Notes: generated from the sequence alone by a model not told the origin. Shown: positions 9,228 to 20,406, counted from the first letter of the stretch. The stretch is 64,000 nucleotides of DNA from an uncultured Bacteriovoracaceae bacterium (GCA_964012805.1 CAXGUD010000001.1:64001-128000), one strand, 5' to 3'. Numbers and translations are program-made.

Positions 9228-10712
9228 TTAAGAGGGAAAAAAGAAAGGGATAAAAAAGAGAGAAAACAAAGTAATAATAAAAACACAAACTAAATTAATT
9301 AAAAAACCGGATTTAATCATCTCACCGATCCCCACCCTTTTTGAACCAAAAATGATGGCATTAGGAGCCGTTGCAGCAGGAAACATAAAAGCACAGCTGG
9401 CCGCAAGGGTTGCAGGAATCATAAGAGAAAGAGGAGGAATCTGACTTGACTTTGAGACGGCCGCCAAAATGGGAAGGAGCATTTCAGTTGAGGCCATATT
9501 ACTTGTAAGCTCCGTCAATAAACTCATCCCCAAAGTCAAAGAGGATATAATTAACGTGGGAGAAACATGCTTAATACCCAGAAAGGACTCCCCTATTAAT
9601 TGAGAAAGCCCAGTCGCTTGGATCCCTTTGGCCAAAGCAAAACCTCCACCAAAAAGAAGAATCGTCCCCCAGGGTATTTCTTCGAAAACTTTTTTATCTA
9701 TTATCCGCCCACCCTTTTCAGTAGGAATCATAAATAAAAGGAGCGCCATCGTAATGGCCACAGTCCCATCATCGACAAACTCAGGACGAGGTAAAAGCTC
9801 AGACCAACCAGGAATTGCAAGGGCACCTATAGTAATTTTTTTTCTAAAAACCCACAGAAGTGCCATAGACACGAAAATGGCACCAACCCACTTTTCTTCT
9901 TTTTTCATGGGACCTAATTTGATCACTTCTTTTGTGATAACCTCTTCACTCAAGGGCCGTAATTGATTTTTTCTAATCCTCACGAAATAAAGCACACAAT
10001 AAGCTGACAAGAGCATCAAAAGACAGATGGGTAAACCAAAAACAAGCCAGCTACTAAAGTAGAACTCGGATTGCTCAGGAAAATTCATAGAATAGATCCT
10101 CACAAAGGCAAGGTTAGGAGGAGTCCCAACAATCGTTGCGACACCACCAATCGTGGCAGAATAGGCTATTCCCATCATAAGAGTGCTGGAGAAGACTTTT
10201 GTGGGGCCGTTATCTCCATAAATATCTTCAAAACTTTTGATAACGGCAAGACCTATAGAAACCATCATCACACAAGTCGCGGTATTCGATATCCACATGG
10301 AAAGAAGAGATGTGGCCACCATAAAACCCATGAGAAGTCCTGAAGGTTTTGTCCCAAAAAAACTAACTATTTTTAAAGCTATTCTTTTATGAAGATTCCA
10401 CTTTTGCATGGCCAGGGCAACCGTGAACCCTCCAATAAAAAGCATCAAAATAGATGACATATAAACAGGCGCTACCTTTTTTGTAGACATGATTCCAAGC
10501 ATTGGGTAACAAACGAGGGGCAAAAGGGCCGTTCCGGCAAGGGGCAAGACTTCAAAAATCCACCAAAAGGCCATAACAAGAGAAATAACGCCCATTGAAA
10601 CTAGGGGAGAAAGACCCATAAAAAAGCAGGTCAATAATCCAAATACCCCAGAAACAAGAAGAATCATCTTTTTATTTAGTTTAAAAAATTCCCATAGTTT
10701 GAAAGAATTCAT
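9228..10712 (-). CDS. SLC13/DASS sodium-coupled anion symporter
   Basis: LSMWISNTAT, GTPPN, TSNMAS, PAATAPNAI; multiple TM helices. Confidence 0.93.
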   Translation of the reverse strand: MNSFKLWEFFKLNKKMILLVSGVFGLLTCFFMGLSPLVSMGVISLVMAFWWIFEVLPLAGTALLPLVCYPMLGIMSTKKVAPVYMSSILMLFIGGFTVALAMQKWNLHKRIALKIVSFFGTKPSGLLMGFMVATSLLSMWISNTATCVMMVSIGLAVIKSFEDIYGDNGPTKVFSSTLMMGIAYSATIGGVATIVGTPPNLAFVRIYSMNFPEQSEFYFSSWLVFGLPICLLMLLSAYCVLYFVRIRKNQLRPLSEEVITKEVIKLGPMKKEEKWVGAIFVSMALLWVFRKKITIGALAIPGWSELLPRPEFVDDGTVAITMALLLFMIPTEKGGRIIDKKVFEEIPWGTILLFGGGFALAKGIQATGLSQLIGESFLGIKHVSPTLIISSLTLGMSLLTELTSNMASTEMLLPILAAVSKSSQIPPLSLMIPATLAASCAFMFPAATAPNAIIFGSKRVGIGEMIKSGFLINLVCVFIITLFSLFFIPFFFPS

Positions 10713-10956
10713 TTTTTAATCTCCTTCCCCATTTGGATCACACCTATTTTTCCCTTCGGTTAATCTATTAGAAGGCAATCAGAATAGACCAGGAAATTTA
10801 AGAAGAAACTGGAACAGTATTATGAAAAGAAAGGCCAATGTCCAGCTTGTTTTCTTTTGAAGCCTGCGTCTAAAATACCACCTCTAAAGGCCCTTTATTC
10901 CTCGCTTTATCTCTGATAACTTCGCTATATAAGAACCCAATACGTAGAGACAACTA

Positions 10957-11442
10957 ATGGAAAAAAGTGAGATCCTATTAAAATTAGAGAAAGTTTTGCT
11001 TGAGAAAATCGAAAAGGCCAGGGAGGTTTATCAATCCGCTTATGAATACACCACAAAGGGGGATGTGAAATCCGACGGCAAGTATGATACGAGAGGCACA
11101 GAAGCAGGTTATCTAGCGGGGGCCCAGAAAAAGCGGGTGGAAGAACTGAAAAATGACCTTAATCAGTTAAGGGCAATCTCCGTAGAGGTCTTTTCTTCAA
11201 GTCGAAGCGTCGCGGTTGGTTCACTTATTGAGCTTGAGTGTGAGTGTGACAAGAAGACTTCTCATTATTTTATTTCACCTTCATTGGGAGGGGAAACTCT
11301 AGAGATTGAAGGAGTCTCAATTCAAGTTATTTCTCAAAACTCCCCCATTTCAATTGCTTCATTTGGACTTGATCAGGATGATAGCTTCGAGCTGGAAACT
11401 CCTCGAGGCGTGAAGGTCTACACAATCGTTTGTGTAAATTAA
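10957..11442 (+). CDS. GreA/GreB-family protein
   Basis: KYDTRGTEAGYLAGAQ coiled coil; VISQNSPI C-terminal domain. Confidence 0.8.
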   Translation: MEKSEILLKLEKVLLEKIEKAREVYQSAYEYTTKGDVKSDGKYDTRGTEAGYLAGAQKKRVEELKNDLNQLRAISVEVFSSSRSVAVGSLIELECECDKKTSHYFISPSLGGETLEIEGVSIQVISQNSPISIASFGLDQDDSFELETPRGVKVYTIVCVN

Positions 11443-11764
11443 ATTAAACTAAAGGTTGGTAAAGAGTGGAAATTTTCTGAATCTTCAACAAACCTTATTC
11501 GAAATTGGCCCCAAGTTTCTACCTGTAGTGCCTAAATTAAAACTTTAGGACTTCTAATAAGACTTAGAAATGTTTCACTTCAATTTTTTTTATAGTATTT
11601 TAAGTATGATTACTTTTTTTTTAGGCTTAAAAGATTCTCTTAGATAATTTTTTAAACCAAATTTATTTGAATAGACCAAATTTACATTCAGTCTTTCCCT
11701 AATAAAACATTCTCCATGTTAAAATAAATGCCGACCAAATCAAAGTCTATTGAGTGATTAAACA

Positions 11765-12682
11765 ATGAGTGAAAGTGAAAAAATAAGAAAGATTATTAAA
11801 GAGGCCAACCAAGTTTGGATAGGAGAAGAATCGAAAATAGAAATGGCACTTCTTCCCCTTCTATGCGGTGGTCACCTCCTTATTGAAGATAGTCCGGGAG
11901 TTGGTAAGACAACTCTTACCAAAGCACTCGCAACACTTCTTGGAATTAATTATTCTAGAATTTCGTTTACAAACGACCTTCTCCCAGCAGACATCTTAGG
12001 AACACATATTTTTAGTAAAAAATCAGAAGAGTTCTTATTTCAGAAGGGACCCATTTTTTCGAACCTTATTTTAATAGATGAATTAAATAGGGCAACACCA
12101 AAAACTCAAAGTGCCCTTCTTCAAGTAATGGAGGAAAAAAAAATATCTATTGAAAACAAAACTTTTGAACTAGATGAAACCTTTTCCGTTATGGCCACTC
12201 AAAATCCCTTTGGTCAAATTGGAACCTTCCCTCTTCCAGAAAGTCAAAGAGACCGGTTTTTTATGAGCATCTCTCTTGGAATTCCAGACAGGGTAAATGA
12301 AGAGAGAATTTTATTAAACCATTCGACTGAAAAAAGTTTAAATTCTTTAAAACCCATTCTCAATAAAGAAGAGATTGAGGAAGTAAAAAAACAAGTTTTT
12401 TTACTTGAAGTTTCCTCTCCTCTGGTTCATTATGTACTTGATTTTATTGAGTTTCTTAGGATGCAGGAGGAATGTAAACTGCCCATTTCCCCCCGGTGTG
12501 GGAAGGACCTTCTTCTTGCATCCAAAGGACGCGCCTTCATGGAGGGACGAGATTACGTTATTCCAGAAGACGTTCAGGCGGTTCTTCCCTTTGTGGTTGG
12601 TCACCGCCTTTTTTATAACCAAAATATAGAAAAGGCCCAAACTTACCTTAAGGAAATGATTCATCATGTGGCCATTCCATAA
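11765..12682 (+). CDS. moxR: MoxR family AAA+ ATPase
   Basis: GHLLIEDSPGVGKT, DELNRATPKTQSALL, ATQNP, GTFPLPESQRDRF. Confidence 0.95.
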   Translation: MSESEKIRKIIKEANQVWIGEESKIEMALLPLLCGGHLLIEDSPGVGKTTLTKALATLLGINYSRISFTNDLLPADILGTHIFSKKSEEFLFQKGPIFSNLILIDELNRATPKTQSALLQVMEEKKISIENKTFELDETFSVMATQNPFGQIGTFPLPESQRDRFFMSISLGIPDRVNEERILLNHSTEKSLNSLKPILNKEEIEEVKKQVFLLEVSSPLVHYVLDFIEFLRMQEECKLPISPRCGKDLLLASKGRAFMEGRDYVIPEDVQAVLPFVVGHRLFYNQNIEKAQTYLKEMIHHVAIP

Positions 12683-13625
12683 GGTATTCCCTTTTTTTAG
12701 GCGCTTTCTTTCCTCCTTTATAAAGAAGGATCAAATTTATATATTCTTTACATTAAGGTCTGTTTATTACATAGGATTCCTTATTTCACTAGGCTTTATA
12801 TCGATGACTTTTAGTAGTTCACTGGCCTACAGCTCTACTTTTATTTTCTTCTCCTTTCTTATGATTTCCTCAGTAAAAACAAATTATAACCTCTATAACG
12901 TTTCAATTGAGAAAGTTAAACAGAGAGGTTTTTTTCCTGAAGATGCCCCTGGCCTTGAAATTTTAATTAATAATAAATCGAAAAAACCAAAATTTGACCT
13001 CTATACAAATCATGAAGACATAAAGTCTCAATTTTTTTCTATGAAGCCCCATTCTAGTACCGTGGTAAAAGTTCCAATAAAAAAACCTCCAGGTATCCAC
13101 TCTCTTAAAAGGCTTACTCTTAGAACAACATTCCCATTTGAACTCATGCACTCATGGAAAGTATTTCTTTTTGAAGAAATATGTCTCATTATTTTTCCAA
13201 AAAAAATAAACCATCTCCCACACCTAAGACCTTTAGAGGAAGAAGATTCTTTTGATAAAAATAATAACAATTCTAAAAAGGGAGCTGGGGAAGACTTTCA
13301 CTCCCACTTTCCTTATTCTGAAGGCGATGCCCTTCGTTATATTGACTGGAAAATTTATGCAAGAGAAAAAGGTACTTTTATAAAAACTTACGAATCTTCT
13401 AACAAAACAGCTTTTTGTATTCAGGATACCCACCTCCAGGAGTTTGACAAAAGAGACTTGCCTCAAGAGAGCAAAGATGAACAAGTTGCCTTTTGGTTAA
13501 GCCAAGCTCTAAAAGAAAACCGTCAATTTTCACTAAAGCTTCCCGGGCTCCATTTAAATAATGGAAATAGTCAAAAGGATTTAGAAAACTTTCTTTTTCA
13601 ATACCTTAAATGGAGGGGGTTATGA
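12666..13625 (+). CDS. DUF58 domain protein
   Basis: Two N-terminal TMs, TTFPFEL, YSEGDALRYIDWK; position in the MoxR operon. Confidence 0.85.
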   Translation: MWPFHKVFPFFRRFLSSFIKKDQIYIFFTLRSVYYIGFLISLGFISMTFSSSLAYSSTFIFFSFLMISSVKTNYNLYNVSIEKVKQRGFFPEDAPGLEILINNKSKKPKFDLYTNHEDIKSQFFSMKPHSSTVVKVPIKKPPGIHSLKRLTLRTTFPFELMHSWKVFLFEEICLIIFPKKINHLPHLRPLEEEDSFDKNNNNSKKGAGEDFHSHFPYSEGDALRYIDWKIYAREKGTFIKTYESSNKTAFCIQDTHLQEFDKRDLPQESKDEQVAFWLSQALKENRQFSLKLPGLHLNNGNSQKDLENFLFQYLKWRGL

Positions 13626-15592
13626 CCTGGAAAAGAAACGCCCACCTCCTTTATATCTTTTTAATTTTCCTCCCCTTTTTTAATGATGGATACTTCGAAC
13701 TTATACTCATATTTTTGCTTGGTACACTTCCTCTCCTCTTTCAAAACTTAAAGCTTTACCATCCTTTAAAAAAACTAAAAAAGACTAAATATTTTTTTTT
13801 AATAGCTTCCCTTCTCTATATTTTTTTCCAATACAAAGGTTTAAGAAATATTGAAGGAGCTTCACTTTTTTTAGCAACACTTTTTGTCCTTAAACTATGG
13901 GAAGAGGAATCAAAGAGGGATACATTTTTATTTCTTCTTATTGGACTTTTATTCATGGTTTCAAAATTTCTTATTCATCAAACGCCATTTTTTCTAATTT
14001 ACTTAATTATAATAAGTTTTCTCTTTCTTATTATAACTAGCTTTACATCAATGGATAACTCCCTCTTAAAAGACGATAAAGAGATGAAAAGGCACAGGAT
14101 AAAAGAAATAAGGAATCTTTTTATTGCGAGTCTTCCTCTGTCTATTCTTCTCTTTATTTTTTTTCCAAGAATTCACTTACACCTTCCCTTTGGCGGTCAA
14201 AAAATCCCCATTGCCCAAACAGGTTTTTCCCAAGGAATCACACCAGGAGACTTTGAGTCTCTCATTTCAAGTAAAGATGAAGTTTTTAAGGTCCACTTTA
14301 ATGGACCCACTCCTGGCTATAACAAACTTTACTGGCGAGGAGTTATTCTTTCCTTTACAGACGGCTTTTCTTGGAAAAAGACACCCGACCCTTTAAAAAA
14401 ATCCACATTTAAAAGAAAACAGAAGCTTTTTGAATACAAACTAGAGTATAAAAATATTGAGGAATCACCCGTCTTTACACTCGCTTGGCCCATAATAAAC
14501 AAACACTCACCTGGACGCCTTAAAAGAAAAAATGGAGAGACTTTCTCCCTAAGACCCCGCAGGAACCAGGCCCTTAAATTTAGCGCCACAAGCTATGATG
14601 TTTCTTTTAAAAACATCTCTTCGGATGATATGAGTACTTACCTGCAACTCCCACCCAAAATTGGAATAAAAACAAAAAGGCTGGCCACAAGACTTAAAGG
14701 GGCCACGACACAAGAGACGATTTTTAATATCGTTGACTATTATAAAAAAAATAACTTTCTCTTTGATTTATCGCCCGGACGTTACCAAAAAGAAAACCAA
14801 TTGGAAGAATTTCTTTTTGAAAGGAAAAGAGGTTATTGTGAACACTTTGCTTCAAGTATGGCCATTCTCCTTAGACTTAACAAAATACCTACTAGGCTCG
14901 TAGGTGGCTTTATGGGCGGAACATATAATGCTTATGGCAAGTATTATACCGTTAGGAATGAAGACGCTCATGCATGGCCCGAAGTATGGATTGACAAAAC
15001 TTGGCGTAACGCCGACCCTACGCCATCCTTGGCACCGACAAGAATAAGCCTTGGAGCGGATGCGTATTTTCTCAATTTTTTTTTAAAGGACTCACCGATT
15101 GTCCCAGGTTTAATTTTGCGGAGGGCCCAAAGCCTCTGGAGGCAGCTAGAGCTCCAGTTTGACTTTATTTATTATAAATTTAGTCATTTTTTCTCTCAAT
15201 ACAATTTTTCAAACCAAAATAGTTTTTTAAAACCGTTTTTTAATTTGTTTCCCTCGATCATCACCATTAATAAACTTCATTTTCTTACACTTATGGTTAT
15301 CATTTTTATTTTTCTTTCCGTTGGTTTTCTAACTATAAGTTCCCTTTCTTTGGAGTCATCTCAAAATAAGCTTGAAGCATATTTCAATAAGCTCTGTAAA
15401 AAATTAAAACAGAAGCCAAAAAAGGGAGAAGGCCCGCTTGCCTTCAAAGAAAGGTTGGAAAAAGGCGGGGTGCTCAATGAGCAAACAGTATCTTTAATTG
15501 ATTTTTATATAAGTGCTAAATACTCTCCTTCCTCAGTGAATCATGCTGGCATTAAAATTTTTATTAATAAAATTAATAACTTAAGGATTTAA
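13622..15592 (+). CDS. DUF3488 + transglutaminase-like protein (TgpA-like)
   Basis: TM region, LYWRG, GYCEHFAS (Cys), HAWPEVW (His), DPT (Asp); ATGA overlap with the DUF58 gene. Confidence 0.92.
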   Translation: MTWKRNAHLLYIFLIFLPFFNDGYFELILIFLLGTLPLLFQNLKLYHPLKKLKKTKYFFLIASLLYIFFQYKGLRNIEGASLFLATLFVLKLWEEESKRDTFLFLLIGLLFMVSKFLIHQTPFFLIYLIIISFLFLIITSFTSMDNSLLKDDKEMKRHRIKEIRNLFIASLPLSILLFIFFPRIHLHLPFGGQKIPIAQTGFSQGITPGDFESLISSKDEVFKVHFNGPTPGYNKLYWRGVILSFTDGFSWKKTPDPLKKSTFKRKQKLFEYKLEYKNIEESPVFTLAWPIINKHSPGRLKRKNGETFSLRPRRNQALKFSATSYDVSFKNISSDDMSTYLQLPPKIGIKTKRLATRLKGATTQETIFNIVDYYKKNNFLFDLSPGRYQKENQLEEFLFERKRGYCEHFASSMAILLRLNKIPTRLVGGFMGGTYNAYGKYYTVRNEDAHAWPEVWIDKTWRNADPTPSLAPTRISLGADAYFLNFFLKDSPIVPGLILRRAQSLWRQLELQFDFIYYKFSHFFSQYNFSNQNSFLKPFFNLFPSIITINKLHFLTLMVIIFIFLSVGFLTISSLSLESSQNKLEAYFNKLCKKLKQKPKKGEGPLAFKERLEKGGVLNEQTVSLIDFYISAKYSPSSVNHAGIKIFINKINNLRI

Positions 15593-15739
15593 AGAAGACT
15601 ATTTTAATACAGCTTAAATTTCTCTCACCCCCAAAGAAATAATTTAAAAACTGCCTTTAAAAAGACGAAAGAGGAAATGAAGGCCAAAAAACCTCATCAC
15701 TAGAATAAACTTTGGATTTGAGACTACTGAGAAAATAAG

Positions 15740-15988
15740 ATGCCGCCAAAAAAGCCAATGACTAAAAACTACCTCAGAAAATACCTCCTCGCATTAGGTG
15801 AACAAAGTGACATTGAGGGCTACCTTGTCCTAAATAATAGTGGCCCAAGTGAAATTGTATGGCGTTATTCCCATGCTGAAATTGGCGAAAACTTCCGAGA
15901 CTATCTTATCGGTGTCCCTCCAACTCGAAAAAAAATCATTCCTTTTAAAATTCTGGCAGGCGAAATTGAAATAGACTTGTGGCCTTAA
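15740..15988 (+). CDS. Small hypothetical protein
   Basis: 82 aa ORF filling an intergenic gap, with protein-like composition. Confidence 0.6.
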   Translation: MPPKKPMTKNYLRKYLLALGEQSDIEGYLVLNNSGPSEIVWRYSHAEIGENFRDYLIGVPPTRKKIIPFKILAGEIEIDLWP

Positions 15989-16157
15989 CTTTTTAATTCC
16001 TATTGGAAGACTTCAAAAACCTCAACGTTTAAGGTTTCAAATATGAAAAGAGTTCTAACGTCAGAAAATTAAATGATCCTAAAAGTAAAAAACAACTTAC
16101 CAGGCCCATGATAAAAAGCTATATTGTCGTTGTGTTTTTAAAGGATCCACAACTATT

Positions 16158-17282
16158 ATGAGAAAAAAAACATTCATTATTTTTTTACTCCCTGCTCTTT
16201 TCGCAGCTATACTTTTATTTGATGCTTCGAAAAAGGAAACAGCACAAGAGCCTTTAGAAATTATAGCAGACCAAGTGAGTGACCAAAAAAGTGCTCCCCA
16301 CAAAGTTAATCCGAGCTCTTTCCTTAAAAAGGATTTGGCCCAAGAGCTTTTAAAAAAAGCTAAAGAGAAACAAACTCAACTGAACAAGAAAAAACCATTA
16401 AGATCAAAAAAAGCCTTGGCAAATACCACAGAAGCTGAAGCTGGACATTGTCCCCAATTTATGGAGGAAGTCTCCACTTTCGAAAAACACCTTCGAAACG
16501 GAGGAAAACCAGAGGAGTTTAGCTTTGACCAGGAGTGTCCTCACCTTCCTCTCTATGGTAAAGCCTATGAAACCTTTAAAAAAGTTTGCTTTCAAAATCA
16601 ACTACAAAAAAGCCCTAAAACATTTGGAGCAATGTGTGGGCAAGCCCTTTTTATGCTTAAGGCCACTCACGCAGAGCTTGTGACAAAAGACACTCCACTT
16701 TCAGAAATTTTTGACCTTGAGCCCCTTGTATATAAATATTTCTACCGACTTTTCGGTCCTGAAAAAAGAAGCTCTTTGATTTCGATTTCAGAAAGGGTTC
16801 TAGAGTTAGAACCAAGCCTTGAGGAATTCAAAGTCCTAAGCCTCATCTCAACCTTTGAGGCCATGGTTTCAAAAAGGCCAGACCTTGAAAAACGGCACCT
16901 TGAAAAAATGGAAAAGTATTTTGAAGAACTTCTTCTGTCTAAAGAAGGGAAAGAGAGAGAAGGAATCTATGAATTAAAGCTTTTAACACTTATGCATTCA
17001 AAAAACCATTCCCTTCATGAGATAGAAACAGTTCTTTCAACCATGGAGAGTGAAGTTCCCAACTCTAGCACCGCTTTGTATTATAGGGCAAACCTCAAAA
17101 ACCAGAGCAACAAAAGAGAGGAAGCCCTGGCCTTCCTCAAAAAGGCCATTGAGATTTCTCCAAATGAAAGAAGGTACCAATTCACCTATGAGCAACTATT
17201 GAAAGCAGACAAAGCGAAACCGGCCCAAAACGCCTTTGTCTTTCAACTTAGCTTTAAGGGTCTCCCCTTTGACTCTTTGTAA
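16158..17282 (+). CDS. Membrane-anchored protein with a C-terminal TPR
   Basis: N-terminal TM; ALYYRA...EALAFLKKAIEISPN. Confidence 0.75.
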   Translation: MRKKTFIIFLLPALFAAILLFDASKKETAQEPLEIIADQVSDQKSAPHKVNPSSFLKKDLAQELLKKAKEKQTQLNKKKPLRSKKALANTTEAEAGHCPQFMEEVSTFEKHLRNGGKPEEFSFDQECPHLPLYGKAYETFKKVCFQNQLQKSPKTFGAMCGQALFMLKATHAELVTKDTPLSEIFDLEPLVYKYFYRLFGPEKRSSLISISERVLELEPSLEEFKVLSLISTFEAMVSKRPDLEKRHLEKMEKYFEELLLSKEGKEREGIYELKLLTLMHSKNHSLHEIETVLSTMESEVPNSSTALYYRANLKNQSNKREEALAFLKKAIEISPNERRYQFTYEQLLKADKAKPAQNAFVFQLSFKGLPFDSL

Positions 17283-17298
17283 AAGGGCCTTAACCTAA

Positions 17299-18132
17299 CT
17301 AAGACAAATTGTTTTTTATAAGGGCAACAATTTCAGAAGAAGATTCTGGTCTTTCCATAGGAAACATATGACCACCCTCAATCAAAAACCTTTGTGCCTT
17401 AAATTTTTTAACAAAACGGTTTATTGAGCTTTGACTTGTGACCACCCTACGATTTGCCTGGCAATAAATAATAGGAGGGAGGTTCTCAGTTGCTAAAAAA
17501 TCCAGGTTATGAGGAGTGGAATTAAATAAGGAACACTCCTCCTTCACTGGGATAGAGAGAGTCACGCTACCCGCTTCTTCTTTGAGCCCAAATTCAAGAT
17601 AATCCTCTAAACACTCCGGTGAAAATTTTCTAAAAAAGGAATTATTTTGAAAATAAGCTGCAGCTTCTTGGCGGTCTTTCCAGCGGTCCTTTCTATTCCG
17701 GCTTTTTTTTGCAGGGCTCATACTTTCAACCAATCCAATCAACTTTGATAATTTTAGAAAAACTCCTAAGGCACCCATCATGATGGGAGAGTCGAGAAGA
17801 ACCAAAAGCTTAAAAAGACCTGGATTTTGTGAAGCGGCCAATAAATTTAGGATACCGCCCATTGAATGGCCAACACCAATCACAGGAGTTTCCTTACCCT
17901 TTAAGAAGTTCGCAACTTCTATTGCCTGATTAGACCAGTTATCGACGATAGGGTAATTGGGATTCCTTCCAAAGTTCTCAAAAAAAAGAACATCGAAACT
18001 TCTTTCAAAATTCTTGAAAAATTGGCGGTACATTGAGCCCTGAAACCCTGTTGCATGGGCAAAAAAAATGGTTTCTTTATGACTCACCTGATCTCTCCAA
18101 TTTTTTAGTTTTTGTTCCCTTTGATTTAACAA
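17299..18132 (-). CDS. Alpha/beta hydrolase
   Basis: HATGF, GHSMGG nucleophile elbow, GGHMFPME. Confidence 0.88.
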   Translation of the reverse strand: MLNQREQKLKNWRDQVSHKETIFFAHATGFQGSMYRQFFKNFERSFDVLFFENFGRNPNYPIVDNWSNQAIEVANFLKGKETPVIGVGHSMGGILNLLAASQNPGLFKLLVLLDSPIMMGALGVFLKLSKLIGLVESMSPAKKSRNRKDRWKDRQEAAAYFQNNSFFRKFSPECLEDYLEFGLKEEAGSVTLSIPVKEECSLFNSTPHNLDFLATENLPPIIYCQANRRVVTSQSSINRFVKKFKAQRFLIEGGHMFPMERPESSSEIVALIKNNLS

Positions 18133-18331
18133 GTCTTTTTTAGCTTAATTAAAGAAAAGAGGTCAACTCTTACAAAGTTTAGCCTCCCTTATTGATGCGA
18201 GTTAAAAAACAGAAGAACAAAATAGGTCTACAAAAGTTTAAAAAATCAGATGGGCTTTCTTTCCAAAGCTAAAAAAAACAATTAGATTTAAGAGAAAATT
18301 TTCAGTTCCGCAAGAGGGGTAGCTTATCCAA

Positions 18332-19126
18332 ATGATAAACCTGGCGTCTGTGGACCCTAAAAGGCTCAAACATCTCTTGACCATTGGATTCATGGTTCAA
18401 TTTACTGCTTGGTTCTTAGAAGGTTGGATGTATGGCACTTCATATGGCAGATTTTTTCTTTTCCAAGGTTTAAAAGACCAAAACGGCATTTTTCTTGAAA
18501 GGATCCTCCTTTGCACGGCCCTACTGAGTTTTTTTGGACTCTTTTCTGAAAAAAAACCGCAATGGTCATGGCTTTTGTTTATTTACCCAAGCCTTGAGAT
18601 AATCAATGTATTTCTTATGGTTTCCGACTCCCAAAAGCCTGGAGTTGAGTTTTCTTTTCTAGCAAGCATGGGAAGAGTTGGTTTTCCCATCGCCCTTTAC
18701 TTCCTAATAAAATCCCAATTTTCTTTTACAAAGTTTATTGAGAATATTTTTGGAATATTCATAGGGCTCACCTTTATCGGCCATGGACTAAAGGCCCTCA
18801 TACAGGAGCCTGAATATCAAGACTACCTTTACTTCCTTTTTGGACTCCTACCAACTAATACCTTCCCGCCTTACAGTCTTATTACAAATTCCCTAAATAC
18901 CATTGGCGTCATTGATATCCTGCTTGGAATTATTATCATTTTAAAACCATGCCATAAAAAAATACTTCTTTATTTATGCCTTTGGGGCTTCTTAACTGCT
19001 ACCTTGAGACCTCTTTATAGTGGAAGTGATGGACTGCTTCCTTTTTTCCTACGGATCCCTCACTGGCTCATTCCACTTTCTTTACTCATTTGGAGTCATA
19101 ACCATAAACGAGGAACAAATTTATGA
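18332..19126 (+). CDS. Integral membrane protein (DoxX-like C-terminal half)
   Basis: About 7 hydrophobic segments; TFIGHG, WGFLTATLRP; ATGA overlap with the next gene. Confidence 0.7.
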   Translation: MINLASVDPKRLKHLLTIGFMVQFTAWFLEGWMYGTSYGRFFLFQGLKDQNGIFLERILLCTALLSFFGLFSEKKPQWSWLLFIYPSLEIINVFLMVSDSQKPGVEFSFLASMGRVGFPIALYFLIKSQFSFTKFIENIFGIFIGLTFIGHGLKALIQEPEYQDYLYFLFGLLPTNTFPPYSLITNSLNTIGVIDILLGIIIILKPCHKKILLYLCLWGFLTATLRPLYSGSDGLLPFFLRIPHWLIPLSLLIWSHNHKRGTNL

Positions 19127-20310
19127 AAAGAAAGTTATTTTTTTTCCTTATTTCTCTTTTCCTTTCTCTAAACATTCTTTCCAAAGAACACCACTTAAAG
19201 CATTTAAGAGTCATCTGGCACGAAGACCCTTCTAAACATGCCGTCATTGCTTGGTCCGGACAAAAAGCAGTGAGAGGTCAATTTCTAAAGCTCATCCGAC
19301 AAGAAAAAAGAGGCAACTCTACAATGAGTGTTTCCATAAAATCCCAAAAGGCCTTAGGGATCAAACCCTACCTCCACTCAGTTTCTTTAAATGACCTTCA
19401 GGCCAATTCCAAATACTCTTTTTCAGTTAATACTAATGGTTCTGAAAGCAAAACCTTCTATTTTATAACTCCTCCTGAGAAAGGAAAAACCTTCAAACTG
19501 CTTTTTGGTGGAGACTCCAGAACAGACCGTAATAAAAGAAGAGAAATAAACGCATCAATCAAAACTTACTTCTCTAACAATAAAGACGTCATGGCGCTTG
19601 TTCACGGTGGTGACTTCATATCAAACGGATACCTGTGGAAGCAATGGGATGCATGGCTTGAAGATTATCAACTAACTATCCAAAGTGACGGCCGCATACT
19701 CCCTATAGTTCCAACAAGAGGAAATCATGAAATGCGCTCGAACCTTTTTAACAAGATATTTTTTTGGAAAAAAAGCCTTTCGATGCGTTCCAACTACTTC
19801 GTAACAAGATTTGGTGAACTCTCTCTTTTTACATTAAACACAAACATATCCCATGGCGGCAGACAAAAATCTTGGCTAAACCGAGTTCTTGATGAAGAGT
19901 CAAAAAGACAAAAATGGCTTATCGCCAACTATCACAGGCCTGCCTACCCTGCCGTAAAAAAACCTGGAAGAGCAAAGAAGCACTGGGTTCCTCTTTTTGA
20001 AAAGTATGGAGTTGACCTTGTTTTTGAGTCAGATGGACACACTCTCAAAAGGACAGTCCCTATATTTCAAGGAAAAAGGGACGATAAAAAGGGAATTGTC
20101 TACCTTGGAGAAGGCGGTCTAGGAGTGAATTTAAGAACACCAAAAATGCAAAATAAGTGGTACTTTCAATCACCTGGTTATGCAAAAAGCGCTTATCATT
20201 TCTTTGCTCTAGATGTTGCGGGGGAAAGGCTCAAAGTCGATGTCATCTCTCCTAACAAACTAGAATTAATAGATAGCATACTATTTCTTCCGCGAGAAAA
20301 TAGAAAGTGA
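19123..20310 (+). CDS. Secreted purple acid phosphatase-like metallophosphoesterase (FN3 + calcineurin-like)
   Basis: GGDSR, HGGDF, GNHE, YHRP, SDGH. Confidence 0.88.
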   Translation: MKRKLFFFLISLFLSLNILSKEHHLKHLRVIWHEDPSKHAVIAWSGQKAVRGQFLKLIRQEKRGNSTMSVSIKSQKALGIKPYLHSVSLNDLQANSKYSFSVNTNGSESKTFYFITPPEKGKTFKLLFGGDSRTDRNKRREINASIKTYFSNNKDVMALVHGGDFISNGYLWKQWDAWLEDYQLTIQSDGRILPIVPTRGNHEMRSNLFNKIFFWKKSLSMRSNYFVTRFGELSLFTLNTNISHGGRQKSWLNRVLDEESKRQKWLIANYHRPAYPAVKKPGRAKKHWVPLFEKYGVDLVFESDGHTLKRTVPIFQGKRDDKKGIVYLGEGGLGVNLRTPKMQNKWYFQSPGYAKSAYHFFALDVAGERLKVDVISPNKLELIDSILFLPRENRK

Positions 20311-20339
20311 TTAAATAATTATTTTTAATATTAATATGA

Positions 20340-20366
20340 CCAGGCCTAATTTTTATTTAGGCCTGG
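20340..20366. terminator. Hairpin after the phosphoesterase gene
   Basis: CCAGGCCTAA-N7-TTAGGCCTGG perfect 10-bp stem. Confidence 0.55.
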
Positions 20367-20406
20367 CTGCCCCTATTTTTTAAAAAGAAATTTAGCGGAT
20401 ATTTAT

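Noticed and set aside
11765..15592. MoxR-DUF58-transglutaminase operon as a novel system
   Set aside because: Widespread, already described gene triad with canonical motifs
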